From NCBI GenBank assembly GCA_963777505.1, contig CAVZQN010000003.1, positions 128,001-192,000 on the forward strand: DNA of 64,000 nucleotides, given 5' to 3'. This document shows, piece by piece, positions 10,472 to 20,037 of the stretch. The notes beneath the pieces were generated by a model that worked only from the letters and a program-made list of their open reading frames with translations, searched no databases and was not told the origin of the DNA. The translations under genes and the position numbers were made by a program. Origin of the DNA: an uncultured bacterium (GTDB lineage: Bacteria; Acidobacteriota; HRBIN11; JAKEFK01). Numbering within the stretch: the stretch's first letter is position 1; the number at the start of each line of letters is the position of its first letter.

Positions 10472-11542
10472 CTATCGGGACTTCACTTCAGTCCAGTATC
10501 GGTCTCGCAATTGTGCTGTTTCACCAGAGGGTGTGACCACGATTTCGAATCGTTTCATGAGTTCTGAATCAGGATAAATTGCGGGATTCCTTAACAACTC
10601 AAGCGGGATAAAAGCCTTTGCAGCTTCGTTCGCGGTTGGAAAATGATTAAAAGTTGTAACAGCTGCGCCGATTTTTGCACTCAAAAAGTAATTGATAAAT
10701 ATATGTGCTTCCCGTTTATGTGGAGCATTCCGTGGTATCGCTAGATAATCTATAGAAACGGCGCTTCCTTCTTTTGGAATAGCAAAAGCAATGTTCGGAT
10801 TACGCTCAATAATTTTTGCAATGTCGCCATTCCAACCATGAGCAATCCAAACATCTCCAGCAGCCAGAATTTCATCATAACTGGTGCTGTTATAAACCTT
10901 TACTAAAGGCTTTTGGCGGAGCAAAGCATCTCGCGCGGCCTGTAACTCTTCGCGCTTTTGAGTATTTAACGAATAGCCCATCCATTTTAGAGCCACAGCA
11001 AAGCAATCCATCGGATCGTCCAGCATCAGGATTTTGTCTTTATATTTTGGATTCCAAAGAATTCCCCAGGAATCAACAGTCTCCTTCACTTTTGTCCGGT
11101 CATATCCGATGCCTGCAAAGGACCACAAAAAAGGCGCGGAATATCGTGATTCAGGATCGAACTCCGATTTGCGAAAACGTTCAGCTGTATTGGAAAGATT
11201 ATGCAGTTGGGAATGATCAAGTGAGTCCAGCAATTTGGAACTGATCAATGCTTTCAAAATGTAATCACTCGGATTTACTACATCGTAATCGGATACCCCT
11301 GCCATTAGCTTTTCCATCAATTCTTCATTGGATGCGTAGGTATCAAGTTGGACTTCAATTCCAGTATCTTTTGTAAATTGAAGCAGCTTATCTGGCGGAA
11401 AATAATTTACCCAGCCATAGAGATTGACACGTCTGGATGATTCACTGGTTGCTCCCCCGCATGAAATTATCAGAGCTGACAAAAGGAGCGTCAGAAAAAT
11501 GGAGGCTACTTTTCGCAAAATGAAACGTAAAAGTACGTCCAT
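10472..11542 (-). CDS. potD: Spermidine/putrescine ABC substrate-binding lipoprotein (PotD/PotF family)
   Basis: Lipobox-like IISC, SNEEL, YDVVNPSDY, WNGD, IPKEGS. Confidence 0.8.
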   Translation of the reverse strand: MDVLLRFILRKVASIFLTLLLSALIISCGGATSESSRRVNLYGWVNYFPPDKLLQFTKDTGIEVQLDTYASNEELMEKLMAGVSDYDVVNPSDYILKALISSKLLDSLDHSQLHNLSNTAERFRKSEFDPESRYSAPFLWSFAGIGYDRTKVKETVDSWGILWNPKYKDKILMLDDPMDCFAVALKWMGYSLNTQKREELQAARDALLRQKPLVKVYNSTSYDEILAAGDVWIAHGWNGDIAKIIERNPNIAFAIPKEGSAVSIDYLAIPRNAPHKREAHIFINYFLSAKIGAAVTTFNHFPTANEAAKAFIPLELLRNPAIYPDSELMKRFEIVVTPSGETAQLRDRYWTEVKSR

Positions 11543-11567
11543 GAAATTGAATAAATCCTAACAGATC

Positions 11568-11676
11568 GGAGCGCAGGCTTCCAGCCTGCATTTCGGGCCG
11601 CGGACTTCTAGTCCGCAATTTTTTTCGCAGGCAAGATGCCTGCGGTCCTTAATGCGGACAAAGATGTCCGCGCCCC
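11568..11676. repeat. Cluster of four REP-like hairpins (two forward, two inverted)
   Basis: GGAGCGCAGGC-ttcca-GCCTGCA and GGGCCGCGGAC-ttcta-GTCCGCA, then reverse-oriented copies at 11627-11648 and 11653-11676. Confidence 0.85.
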
Positions 11677-11680
11677 TAAT

Positions 11681-12337
11681 CTAACTGCGGCTGTAATTTG
11701 TAACACAGTCAGGAATCGGAGCATTTTCCGCAACACGATCGTCTTTTATTGGAGTGCCAGGAACGAGACGCAACGGCAGCACACCTGCCCAAATTGGAAG
11801 AGCATAATCTGGTTCATCATCGATTGGCGGACCGGTACGCACTTTAGCCGATACTTCTTCCAAAGCTAACTTCAACACAAGAGTAGCTTTCATTTCTTGC
11901 TCATCTGGTAATCGCACTTCATCCCAGCGGCCGGGAATAATGTGTTCGCTCAAAGCGCGAAGTGCTTCGATTTTTTCTGCGGGATCTTCAACGGGAAATG
12001 CTTTTCCTAAAACGACAACAGATCGATAGTTCATTGAGTGATGAAAGGCAGAGCGTGCGAGTACGAGTCCATCCACAAGAGTCACTGTCAAACAAACGTC
12101 GACACCGGAAGAGAGTGTTCGAAGCATTCTACTTGCCGATGATCCATGAATGTACAGAGTTTGATCGACTCGTGCATACCCTGTAGGAATTACGAGTGGA
12201 CGTCCCTCGACTGTGAATCCAACGTGGCAAACAAATCCTTCATCCAGAATTGCATGCACAGTCTCGTGACTGTAATCACCGCGTTTTGGCAGCCGCTTTA
12301 ATGTGGTTCGATCCGTTATGGTGTATTGCATAGTCAT
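11681..12337 (-). CDS. Pyridoxamine 5'-phosphate oxidase-like FMN-binding protein (NimA family)
   Basis: ILDEGFVCHVGF, YIHGS, LARSAFHHSMNYRSVV, WAGVLP; GAGG RBS before ATG 12337. Confidence 0.9.
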   Translation of the reverse strand: MTMQYTITDRTTLKRLPKRGDYSHETVHAILDEGFVCHVGFTVEGRPLVIPTGYARVDQTLYIHGSSASRMLRTLSSGVDVCLTVTLVDGLVLARSAFHHSMNYRSVVVLGKAFPVEDPAEKIEALRALSEHIIPGRWDEVRLPDEQEMKATLVLKLALEEVSAKVRTGPPIDDEPDYALPIWAGVLPLRLVPGTPIKDDRVAENAPIPDCVTNYSRS

Positions 12338-12360
12338 TTCCTCAACATAAAAGTACCGCC

Positions 12361-12411
12361 AAAAGTGGACTTGTACAATATCCACTTTTGATCTAAAATG
12401 ACAGTCCACTT
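12361..12411. promoter_or_regulatory. MocR-type operator overlapping a sigma70 promoter
   Basis: AAAAGTGGAC / TCCACTTTT inverted pair plus a direct GTCCACTT; TTGTAC-17-TAAAAT at 12371-12399. Confidence 0.75.
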
Positions 12412-13866
12412 ATGGAGCTAGCAATTCGGCTCAATTCAAAATCTGCTGAGGCGATGTATTCCCAATTGTATGACGCCTTACGGCAGAAAATTCTCTCAGG
12501 ACTGCTATCGCCTGGGCAAAAGCTTCCTTCAACCCGGGCCCTTGCTGAAAGCCTAGGAATATCAAGAACGACAGTTTCACTTTCCTATGAACAACTGATT
12601 AGCGAAGGATATATAGAACCCACTGCAGGCTCCGGTACATATGTCAGCAAGCATTTGCCTGAAGACATGCTGCAGACAACGAAACGCAATCCAGCGTTTT
12701 CGAATAGGCTTCATTCAAATCTCAGCAAGTTAGGAAACATGCTTGCAGAAGAAGGCCCATATGAAACTCGGATTGACCCTGCACTTTTTTTATTTCGTCA
12801 TGGAAGGCCTGATTACAGCGTTTTTCCATTAAGAAGATGGCGCAGAATTCTATTTCGTCATTGCCGTTCGCTTCAGCCGGAAATGCTGGATTACAGTTCG
12901 GACTCGCGTGGATATTTACCTTTGCGCGAGGCGATCGCGCGTTATCTTGGACGCTCGCGTGATGTACGTTGTCATCCGGATCAGATTGTAATCGTAAATG
13001 GATCTCAACAAGGTCTTGATCTAATTGCGCGAGTAACATTGAATGCAGGAGATCGAGTTGCAGTTGAAGATCCAGGGTACCTCGGTGCACGCCGGGCATT
13101 TCAGGCATCCGGTGCATTGTTACAACCTGTACCTCTTGATCATTCCGGTATTAAAGTTGTCCGGCTTTTACGATTCAAAAATATCCGCCTCGTTTATGTA
13201 ACCCCATCTCATCAATTTCCCGCCGGTCAAGTTTTATCTTTAACCAGACGGCTGGAGTTGTTGCAATGGGCAAAGCGGAATGATGCATGGATTATTGAAG
13301 ACGATTATGACAGTGAATATCGCTATGAAGGGAAGCCGATTCCTGCGCTTCAAGGACTTGATGAATCTTCTTCTGTCATTTATGTTGGAACCTTCTCGAA
13401 AGTTCTTTATCCTGCATTGCGCGTTGGTTACGTTGTGATTCCAGAGAAATTAGGACCTGTATTTGCGAGAGCAAAATGGTTAACAGATCGTCAAACACCC
13501 TTGCTCGAACAGTTTGCGCTTGCTGATTTCATCAATGAAGGATATTTGGATCGACATATCAGAAAAACGCGCAAACTTTATAATCGCCGGCGGCAAGTCC
13601 TGGCGGAAGCATTACAAAAAGAATTCGGCAAAAAGGTAAAGATTCATGGCGGAAATGCCGGAATGCATGTCTTAATCCGTTTTAATTTGAAGTTATCTGA
13701 CAATGAAATTGTCAGGCGCGCTGCTGAAAATCAAGTAAATCTTGTGAGTGCGCGTCCATACTATTTAAGGAATGCACCTTCCGGTGAATTCATTTTTGGT
13801 TATGCAAATCTGCTGGAATCCAAAATCCGTGAAGGCGTTCAACGGCTGGCGAAGGCCATTTTGTAA
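12412..13866 (+). CDS. MocR/GabR-family PLP-dependent transcriptional regulator
   Basis: wHTH (KLPSTRALAESLGISRTTV) plus aminotransferase domain (YVTPSHQFP, IEDDYDSEYRY, GTFSKVL). Confidence 0.95.
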   Translation: MELAIRLNSKSAEAMYSQLYDALRQKILSGLLSPGQKLPSTRALAESLGISRTTVSLSYEQLISEGYIEPTAGSGTYVSKHLPEDMLQTTKRNPAFSNRLHSNLSKLGNMLAEEGPYETRIDPALFLFRHGRPDYSVFPLRRWRRILFRHCRSLQPEMLDYSSDSRGYLPLREAIARYLGRSRDVRCHPDQIVIVNGSQQGLDLIARVTLNAGDRVAVEDPGYLGARRAFQASGALLQPVPLDHSGIKVVRLLRFKNIRLVYVTPSHQFPAGQVLSLTRRLELLQWAKRNDAWIIEDDYDSEYRYEGKPIPALQGLDESSSVIYVGTFSKVLYPALRVGYVVIPEKLGPVFARAKWLTDRQTPLLEQFALADFINEGYLDRHIRKTRKLYNRRRQVLAEALQKEFGKKVKIHGGNAGMHVLIRFNLKLSDNEIVRRAAENQVNLVSARPYYLRNAPSGEFIFGYANLLESKIREGVQRLAKAIL

Positions 13867-13880
13867 CGCCGGTATCCTTA

Positions 13881-16130
13881 CTACAAACGGGAAAGGACTC
13901 TTTGCAATTCCACAATTTCAGCGCGGATCGCCGGCGATTGGCTTTTCTCCTGCGCCATCCTTTGAATCTCCAGCGCTTCTATATAGTGTCCATACTGCCT
14001 CAGAACAAAACCGTACATATATAAACCCTCCGGATCATCCGGATTTCTTTCTGATAAAGTCCGGAATAATGTAAGAATTTCTTGTTCCATCAGCGCAGGA
14101 TCAAGTGATTTCCGGAGCGCTTCGCGATAAATTTCCGCCGCCATATGAAATTGTTCCGTTCTAGACATTCCTGCTGCAAGCATGACCCTTATTCTGCGCG
14201 ATTCGGGGAGTTTTCCAACAAGGTAAGATAAGGAATGCATTGCTGTGTTCGTTTTCCCAAAATCCAATGCAGCCTGACCAAGAAAAAATTGCGCATCAAT
14301 ATCATCAAAATAGCGGAACAGTTGGTTCCGCCTCGATTTTTCTCCGGTAATTATAGCGAGAGCCGATAAACACCATGGATCACCCGGTGCACGTACTAAA
14401 GCATCACGTAGTCTTTTTTCGGCTTCTTTCTGATTTCCTCTGAGCCAGGAAGATCGTGCCAAAAAGTACAACGGCTGGGAAGATTGATATTGATCAAGTT
14501 TGAAAGAAACTCCGGATTTCAGAACTTCTCTCAGTGAGATTTCAGCCTCACCAGGTCGATTTGCATAAATACAAACCACTCCTCTTCCAAATAAACCTTG
14601 TGGAGTATCGACCGGAATGTAAGCTAACGCGGAAGAAAAATAATCAACATCGATGAAAGGCAGATATGCAGGACGACGTAAATCCAACAGGAAAGGTGCA
14701 GCTGCGAGAGATCGTGATGCATTTTCTGAAGCTTCCTCCCACTGCTCTGCGGTTCGGTTCCGATAAGCATTTGCGATGTGTTGATTTGATATCCGGATAC
14801 TGCGTTTCAGCCACGTTTCTTCATTCATCAATTCTGTTTTTGCAAAAAATACCCAGGCTAGCGGAAAAACGATTAAAATCCAGATTAGTTTTTTATACGA
14901 ACTATAAAAGGCAGAAACTGCAGCACACATAAAAATGAAGAAAAGAGGAAGAATCGCAATACGTTGTTGTGCTGAAATATTAACAATAATCATGAATAAC
15001 AGTTGCCAGATAAAAGCGACATAGATCAACAGCCATTTTCGCCATTGCCTCCATCCCAGAAACATCCCCGTTAAACCCAGGGCTGATACGATCGCGAATG
15101 GTACTGCGGGTATACCGAATTCACGGAGATAATTTTCAGTTCCGAATGCAACCGGCGACTCATGCCATTGATATTCATGGAAAAAATAACGAATCTTGTT
15201 GCTCATCATTTTCATCAAGTAGTTCGGATGATCCTTTCCAAAGTGAACAGCTTTCGTCAGCCAATATCGATTTACTTCCGAAAAAGTAAGATCCAACCCG
15301 GTTATGGAGCGAGCAAAATTCCGATAGACGTCCGTTGTATAACCAGCCTCTCCCGGTTTTAGTGTTAGTGCTTCATCTACCATTGGAAGTGGAACGGCAA
15401 CAGCTCCCTGAGTCAAAGGATTGTTTGCTTCATAAATAGCGATACCTGGATTCATCCAAACGAATGAGAAATAGCCCGTGATGAATGCAGTATGGATTAT
15501 CAGAAAAGTGATTGCAGCCATTGCGGGCAATCCACAAAACAAAATCGACTTTGAGACTGAACGTCCTTCAATGCGATTGAAAAAAGAGTACACGGGGATA
15601 ATTGCAACTAAAGGTGCGAAGTTCGGACGAGTGAGTATTGCGAGCGCAAGAAATACTCCTGCGAGAAGATGGCTCTTTTGAGATGATGCTCCGGCAAAAT
15701 AAAGAAACATTAGAAGAAAGAAGAGTAAAAAGGGTTCAGGTTCGAGCAGTTGCGTATAAACTATTAAACTTCGCTGCAGCAGCAGTGCGATAGTCGCCGT
15801 CACTGAGAGCCATAGTGGAAAAAAACGCAAAACAAAGTGAAAAAATACGAAGATTGCTCCGGCTGTTAAAGCAATTTGAAACCATTGCACAGGCACATCA
15901 GGATGCTTGAAAAAGCGCAAGGCGTTTACATGTACTTGTAAGTAAAGGGGACTTAAATCTAATATGCGTTCATCTGCAAGTCTGCCATTTTTGTAATCTT
16001 CCGCTGCTTTCATGTACTTTTGTGACTGTGTCGGCGGAAGTAATCCAAAGATAATGATTGAATAAAAAGAAAATGCAGCGGCAAGAAGTATGATTGAAAC
16101 AATCCCGATAATATTTCGCTGAGCTGACAT
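13881..16130 (-). CDS. Polytopic membrane glycosyltransferase-like (GT-C/PMT/ArnT-like) protein with C-terminal TPR repeats
   Basis: SPLY, LEPE, LAILTRPN, many TM helices, TPR-like helical tail. Confidence 0.7.
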   Translation of the reverse strand: MSAQRNIIGIVSIILLAAAFSFYSIIIFGLLPPTQSQKYMKAAEDYKNGRLADERILDLSPLYLQVHVNALRFFKHPDVPVQWFQIALTAGAIFVFFHFVLRFFPLWLSVTATIALLLQRSLIVYTQLLEPEPFLLFFLLMFLYFAGASSQKSHLLAGVFLALAILTRPNFAPLVAIIPVYSFFNRIEGRSVSKSILFCGLPAMAAITFLIIHTAFITGYFSFVWMNPGIAIYEANNPLTQGAVAVPLPMVDEALTLKPGEAGYTTDVYRNFARSITGLDLTFSEVNRYWLTKAVHFGKDHPNYLMKMMSNKIRYFFHEYQWHESPVAFGTENYLREFGIPAVPFAIVSALGLTGMFLGWRQWRKWLLIYVAFIWQLLFMIIVNISAQQRIAILPLFFIFMCAAVSAFYSSYKKLIWILIVFPLAWVFFAKTELMNEETWLKRSIRISNQHIANAYRNRTAEQWEEASENASRSLAAAPFLLDLRRPAYLPFIDVDYFSSALAYIPVDTPQGLFGRGVVCIYANRPGEAEISLREVLKSGVSFKLDQYQSSQPLYFLARSSWLRGNQKEAEKRLRDALVRAPGDPWCLSALAIITGEKSRRNQLFRYFDDIDAQFFLGQAALDFGKTNTAMHSLSYLVGKLPESRRIRVMLAAGMSRTEQFHMAAEIYREALRKSLDPALMEQEILTLFRTLSERNPDDPEGLYMYGFVLRQYGHYIEALEIQRMAQEKSQSPAIRAEIVELQRVLSRL

Positions 16131-16136
16131 AAAAGA

Positions 16137-16178
16137 TCAAAAATGAAAGATCAAAAATCAAAAATGAAAAAGCAAAAA
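16137..16178. repeat. Heptamer tandem repeat (TCAAAAA)x6
   Basis: tcaaaaa|tgaaaga|tcaaaaa|tcaaaaa|tgaaaaa|gcaaaaa, just upstream of the minus-strand ATG 16130. Confidence 0.85.
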
Positions 16179-16243
16179 ATGGTTCAATACACACAAGCTA
16201 GTATAATTGCTACTTCGCCAGGGAGCGACACATCTAAGAATTA

Positions 16244-17978
16244 ATGAAAGTATTTTTGAGGCAGCAGACATTATTTGAGTTATTGTCCGTTATTATCGCA
16301 AGTCTTCTTCTAACGACTTATTTCTTGGAACTCTGGAACGTTGATTGGCGTATCCCTTTCCAATATTCCGGCGGAGATGCGTTCCAATCGCATGCCGTAT
16401 TCAAAAGTATCATTGATACTGGAACGTATTTAGAGAACCCGTTTCTTGGTGCACCCGGCAAGCTTGAATATTATGATTTTCCTCGCACAGACCACATTCA
16501 AGTTATCATCGCGCGCGATTCTTTCCTGGTTCTCGTCGGATTTCGCTTTAAACATAAACATCTTTTTCGTCCTTACATTTCCATTAACGGCTGCAATTGC
16601 CTTTCAGGTTCTTCGGTATTTCGGAATTTCATTTTTATCAGCATTCGTTTGTAGCCTGCTTTATACGATGCTTCCTTTTCATTTTATTCGCGGGCAGAGC
16701 CATCTTTTCTTGAATTTCTATTCTTTTATTCCACTAGGCATAGCGCTTGCGTTATGGGTGGGACGTGATGAGTTATTTCTCAAAAAAAATTCAAGAGACA
16801 AATTGCGGCCGACTAAGGTCGGATTGGTAGCGATTCTATTTTGCTTTCTTATCGCATCGGCAGGCACTTATTACACGTTTTTTTCATGCTTCGCTGTTTT
16901 TATCGCGGCATTATATGCGTTTTTCAAAAATCGAAATCGGTCACATCTTTATAAGGCAGGATTTACTGTTTTGCTTTTGGTCGGTTTTGCGCTGATCAAC
17001 CTGATTCCTGTGCTGCAATACTGGCAGCGTGAAGGGAAAAATCCTACTGTAGCAACACGGCCTGTTTTTGAAGCTGAGCTGTATTCGTTGAAGCTGGTTG
17101 GATTGCTGCTTCCAGCAAATGGTCATCGCGTCGCGCAGCTAAATAAGATGATGAGGCAATATCCGTCGTCATTGATAAAAGAGAATTACGCCGCGTATTT
17201 GGGTCTTGTTGGAGTTGCTGGATTTCTGATTCTTTTGAAGTGGTTATTTTTTGCACCCGCAAGCCCAGGCATAAATGAATTACAAGAACGCCTCGCAGTT
17301 CTGAATGGTAGTTTTGTTTTGCTTGGACTCTCTGGTGGAATCGGTCCATTGTTTGCATTTGTTTTTTTCAGCCAGATACGTGCCTATACCAGAGTCAGTA
17401 TTTTTATCGGATTTATCGCCCTCTTTGCGGTTGGAATCGTTCTTGATCAGTTGCGGACTCATTTCTCGAAATCAAAACGCAGCAGTCTGATCGCTGCCTT
17501 TGGTTTGTTCGCAATTCTTGCGATCGGATTGTGGGATCAAACAATTCCGGCGTATGCGGTAAAAAAGCCAAAACAGATCGATGACTTTAAAAGTGATGCA
17601 TCGTTCGTAAAACAAATTGAATCAATGCTGCCTCACGGAGAAAGCATTTTTCAACTTCCGTATCATTCATTTCCAGAAGCTGCAGGAAAGCATCGCATGA
17701 AGGACTATGATCATTTTCGCGGCTACCTTCATTCGTCTGAGTTACGATGGAGTTATGGAGCAATCAGAGGGAGAAAATGGGATACATGGCAGCATCAAAT
17801 AGAAATGCTCCCAATGCCGGAGTTTCTGCAATCTCTAAGGGCGGCTGGTTTTCGCGGACTGTACTTTGACCGTTTTGGATATCAACGAAGATCGAATAAG
17901 GAAAATGAGTTGAAGTTGCAGCTTGGAGAACCGGTTCTTGAAAGCAAGGATCGCCGTCTGATCTTTTTTTTACTCTAA
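16244..17978 (+). pseudogene. GT-C-like membrane protein (sugar translocase/phosphoglycerol-transferase-like) split by a frameshift near 16511-16517
   Basis: ORF1 (GGDAF...NPFLGAP..YDFP) shifts +1 in gcgcgcg into ORF2 (LPFHFIRGQSHL, FQLPYHSFPE, LRWSYGA, GFRGLYFDRFGY). Confidence 0.75.
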
Positions 17979-17988
17979 TATTATACAA

Positions 17989-18393
17989 TCAATGTTGTCT
18001 ATTAATCCCACTTAAGAATTCTTCAATCGATTTTGGAAGGCTATTCATATCGCAAGGTTTGTTGAGAAATCGTATCGATTCTGATGGTAGCCTGGAAAGG
18101 TGCGGGAACTGATCTTGTGAATATGCCGTCAGAAAAATAATCGGAACTTGCTTAAAATTACTATAAATTGATAGAGCCGCATGGATACCATCCGTTTTTC
18201 CCGCGAGTTTGACATCCATGATAATGAGATCAGGATTGATCAGGGAACATCTGGAGACTGCTTCCTCTCCGGATGAAATAATGTCCGGGACAACGTAACC
18301 GGCGTCTTGAATTATTTCTCTCATATTTTCTGCAACAAGCACTTCATCTTCTACAATCAACACTTTTAGTTTTCTACTCGCTTTCGTTTTCAA
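17989..18393 (-). CDS. Single-domain response regulator
   Basis: LIVEDE, DLIIMDV, IFLTAY, KP; no output domain. Confidence 0.9.
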   Translation of the reverse strand: MKTKASRKLKVLIVEDEVLVAENMREIIQDAGYVVPDIISSGEEAVSRCSLINPDLIIMDVKLAGKTDGIHAALSIYSNFKQVPIIFLTAYSQDQFPHLSRLPSESIRFLNKPCDMNSLPKSIEEFLSGINRQH

Positions 18394-18482
18394 ATCAACG
18401 GAATCTTCCTTTCTGATATTCTGCTTAGATGAACCAGCAGATAAATTCCGTTTCGAGCGGTGTCAGTTCCCTGGTTGGCAAA

Positions 18483-19982
18483 TCAAAATTCATTTTGTTC
18501 TCCGGTGCCAAGAAAGATCTTGAGTTCAAATGCTGTTCCTTCGGACTCCGTTAGGTGAACCATCGTTGCGTTGATTTGTTTTGCGAGGAGTTTCACAATT
18601 TTGAATCCAAAACTGCTTGCGCTGGCGAAATCAAAACCGGGAGGCAAACCCATGCCATTGTCAGACATTCGAATGACTCTTTTTTGATTTTCCGTAAAGA
18701 AATCAATCTCTATCACACCTTCATTTGCACCATTAAACGCATACTTCAATGAATTTGTAATCAACTCATTAAAGATCAACCCCAGCGAAACTGCCTTATC
18801 AAGACTGTAAGACTGGTCATTACCTGTGATATTAATCCTTACTGATTTTTCAGGAGCATATGAATTCAGGAGCTGTTTACTCAATGTACGCAAATAAATC
18901 AAAAAATCCACTTTGTCGAGGTTTTCGGTTTTGTATAGGCTCTCGTGAATCATGGCCATAGCACGAATGCGGCTGATGCTTTCAGAAAAGGCAGCCTGAA
19001 GCTTTTTTGCGTCCGGATCAAGATGACGAGATCTCAGCTCAAGCAGGCTTCCAACTACCTGAAGATTGTTTTTGACGCGATGATAGACTTCTTGTAAAAG
19101 TACATTTTTGTCTTGCACTGTACGTGCAAGTTCCTCAACCAAACGAACGCGTTCTTCTTCAGCTTTCTTTCTAACAGTAATATCTCTGGCAATAACTGAG
19201 ATAGCTATGAGTTTGCCTTTTGAATCTAGAACCGGGGACGCTGTTAACGAAACGTACACTTCTTTATCATCTTTTGTAGTCCGAATTGTTTCGTAATGGT
19301 CAATTCGTTCTCCACGTTTTAAGGTTTCTATGATTATGTCGACTTCGTGTTTCCGATTTACTGGCACTAAAAATGAAATATGTTTTCCAACGGTTTCGTC
19401 CGCGCTGTAGCCATAAAGTGTTTCAGCGCTTTTATTCCAACTCAAAATCAAACCATCAAGGTTTTTGGAAATGATTGCGTCATCAGATGAATCAACAATG
19501 GATGCAAGGAAATTTCGGATTTCACGGGACCGTTTTTCTTCGGTAATATCATAAGCGACTACAGAAGCACCGATTGTACCTCCCGAATCGTCAGTTACAG
19601 GTGAGACTGAAAGAGAAATATCGATAAGAACGCCGTCCTTTCGTTTGCGAACGGTTTCATAACGATCAATCATTTCTCCGTTTCTAATTTTTTGAAGTAT
19701 TTCAGGAATTTCATTTTCTCTGTCTGGAGGAGTGAGAATTGATACTGATTTGCCAATGATTTCTTGTTTTGTGTAGCCATAAATCCGTTGTGCGCCTTGA
19801 TTCCAGGTGAGTACAATACCACTCAGGTCTTTAGAGAAAATTGCATCATGGGCGGTCTCGACGATGTTCGCTAACGCTTTTTGAAGGATTTCCTGGCCAG
19901 ATATTTCCAAACTGGTGCGGTCTTTTGTTAAATTGGGCTTTTTCTTTAGCTTCAACCCTGATTGTTTCTCCAAATTTTTCAT
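18483..19982 (-). CDS. Cytoplasmic PAS-PAS histidine kinase (HisKA_2 type)
   Basis: Two PAS/PAC domains, EVYHRVKNNLQ, ELITNSLKYAF, DNGMG. Confidence 0.92.
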   Translation of the reverse strand: MKNLEKQSGLKLKKKPNLTKDRTSLEISGQEILQKALANIVETAHDAIFSKDLSGIVLTWNQGAQRIYGYTKQEIIGKSVSILTPPDRENEIPEILQKIRNGEMIDRYETVRKRKDGVLIDISLSVSPVTDDSGGTIGASVVAYDITEEKRSREIRNFLASIVDSSDDAIISKNLDGLILSWNKSAETLYGYSADETVGKHISFLVPVNRKHEVDIIIETLKRGERIDHYETIRTTKDDKEVYVSLTASPVLDSKGKLIAISVIARDITVRKKAEEERVRLVEELARTVQDKNVLLQEVYHRVKNNLQVVGSLLELRSRHLDPDAKKLQAAFSESISRIRAMAMIHESLYKTENLDKVDFLIYLRTLSKQLLNSYAPEKSVRINITGNDQSYSLDKAVSLGLIFNELITNSLKYAFNGANEGVIEIDFFTENQKRVIRMSDNGMGLPPGFDFASASSFGFKIVKLLAKQINATMVHLTESEGTAFELKIFLGTGEQNEF

Positions 19983-20037
19983 TCCTTGACCTATTGTATA
20001 CTGATCCTACTAAGATTCTTTTAGTTAAGAAAAATCC

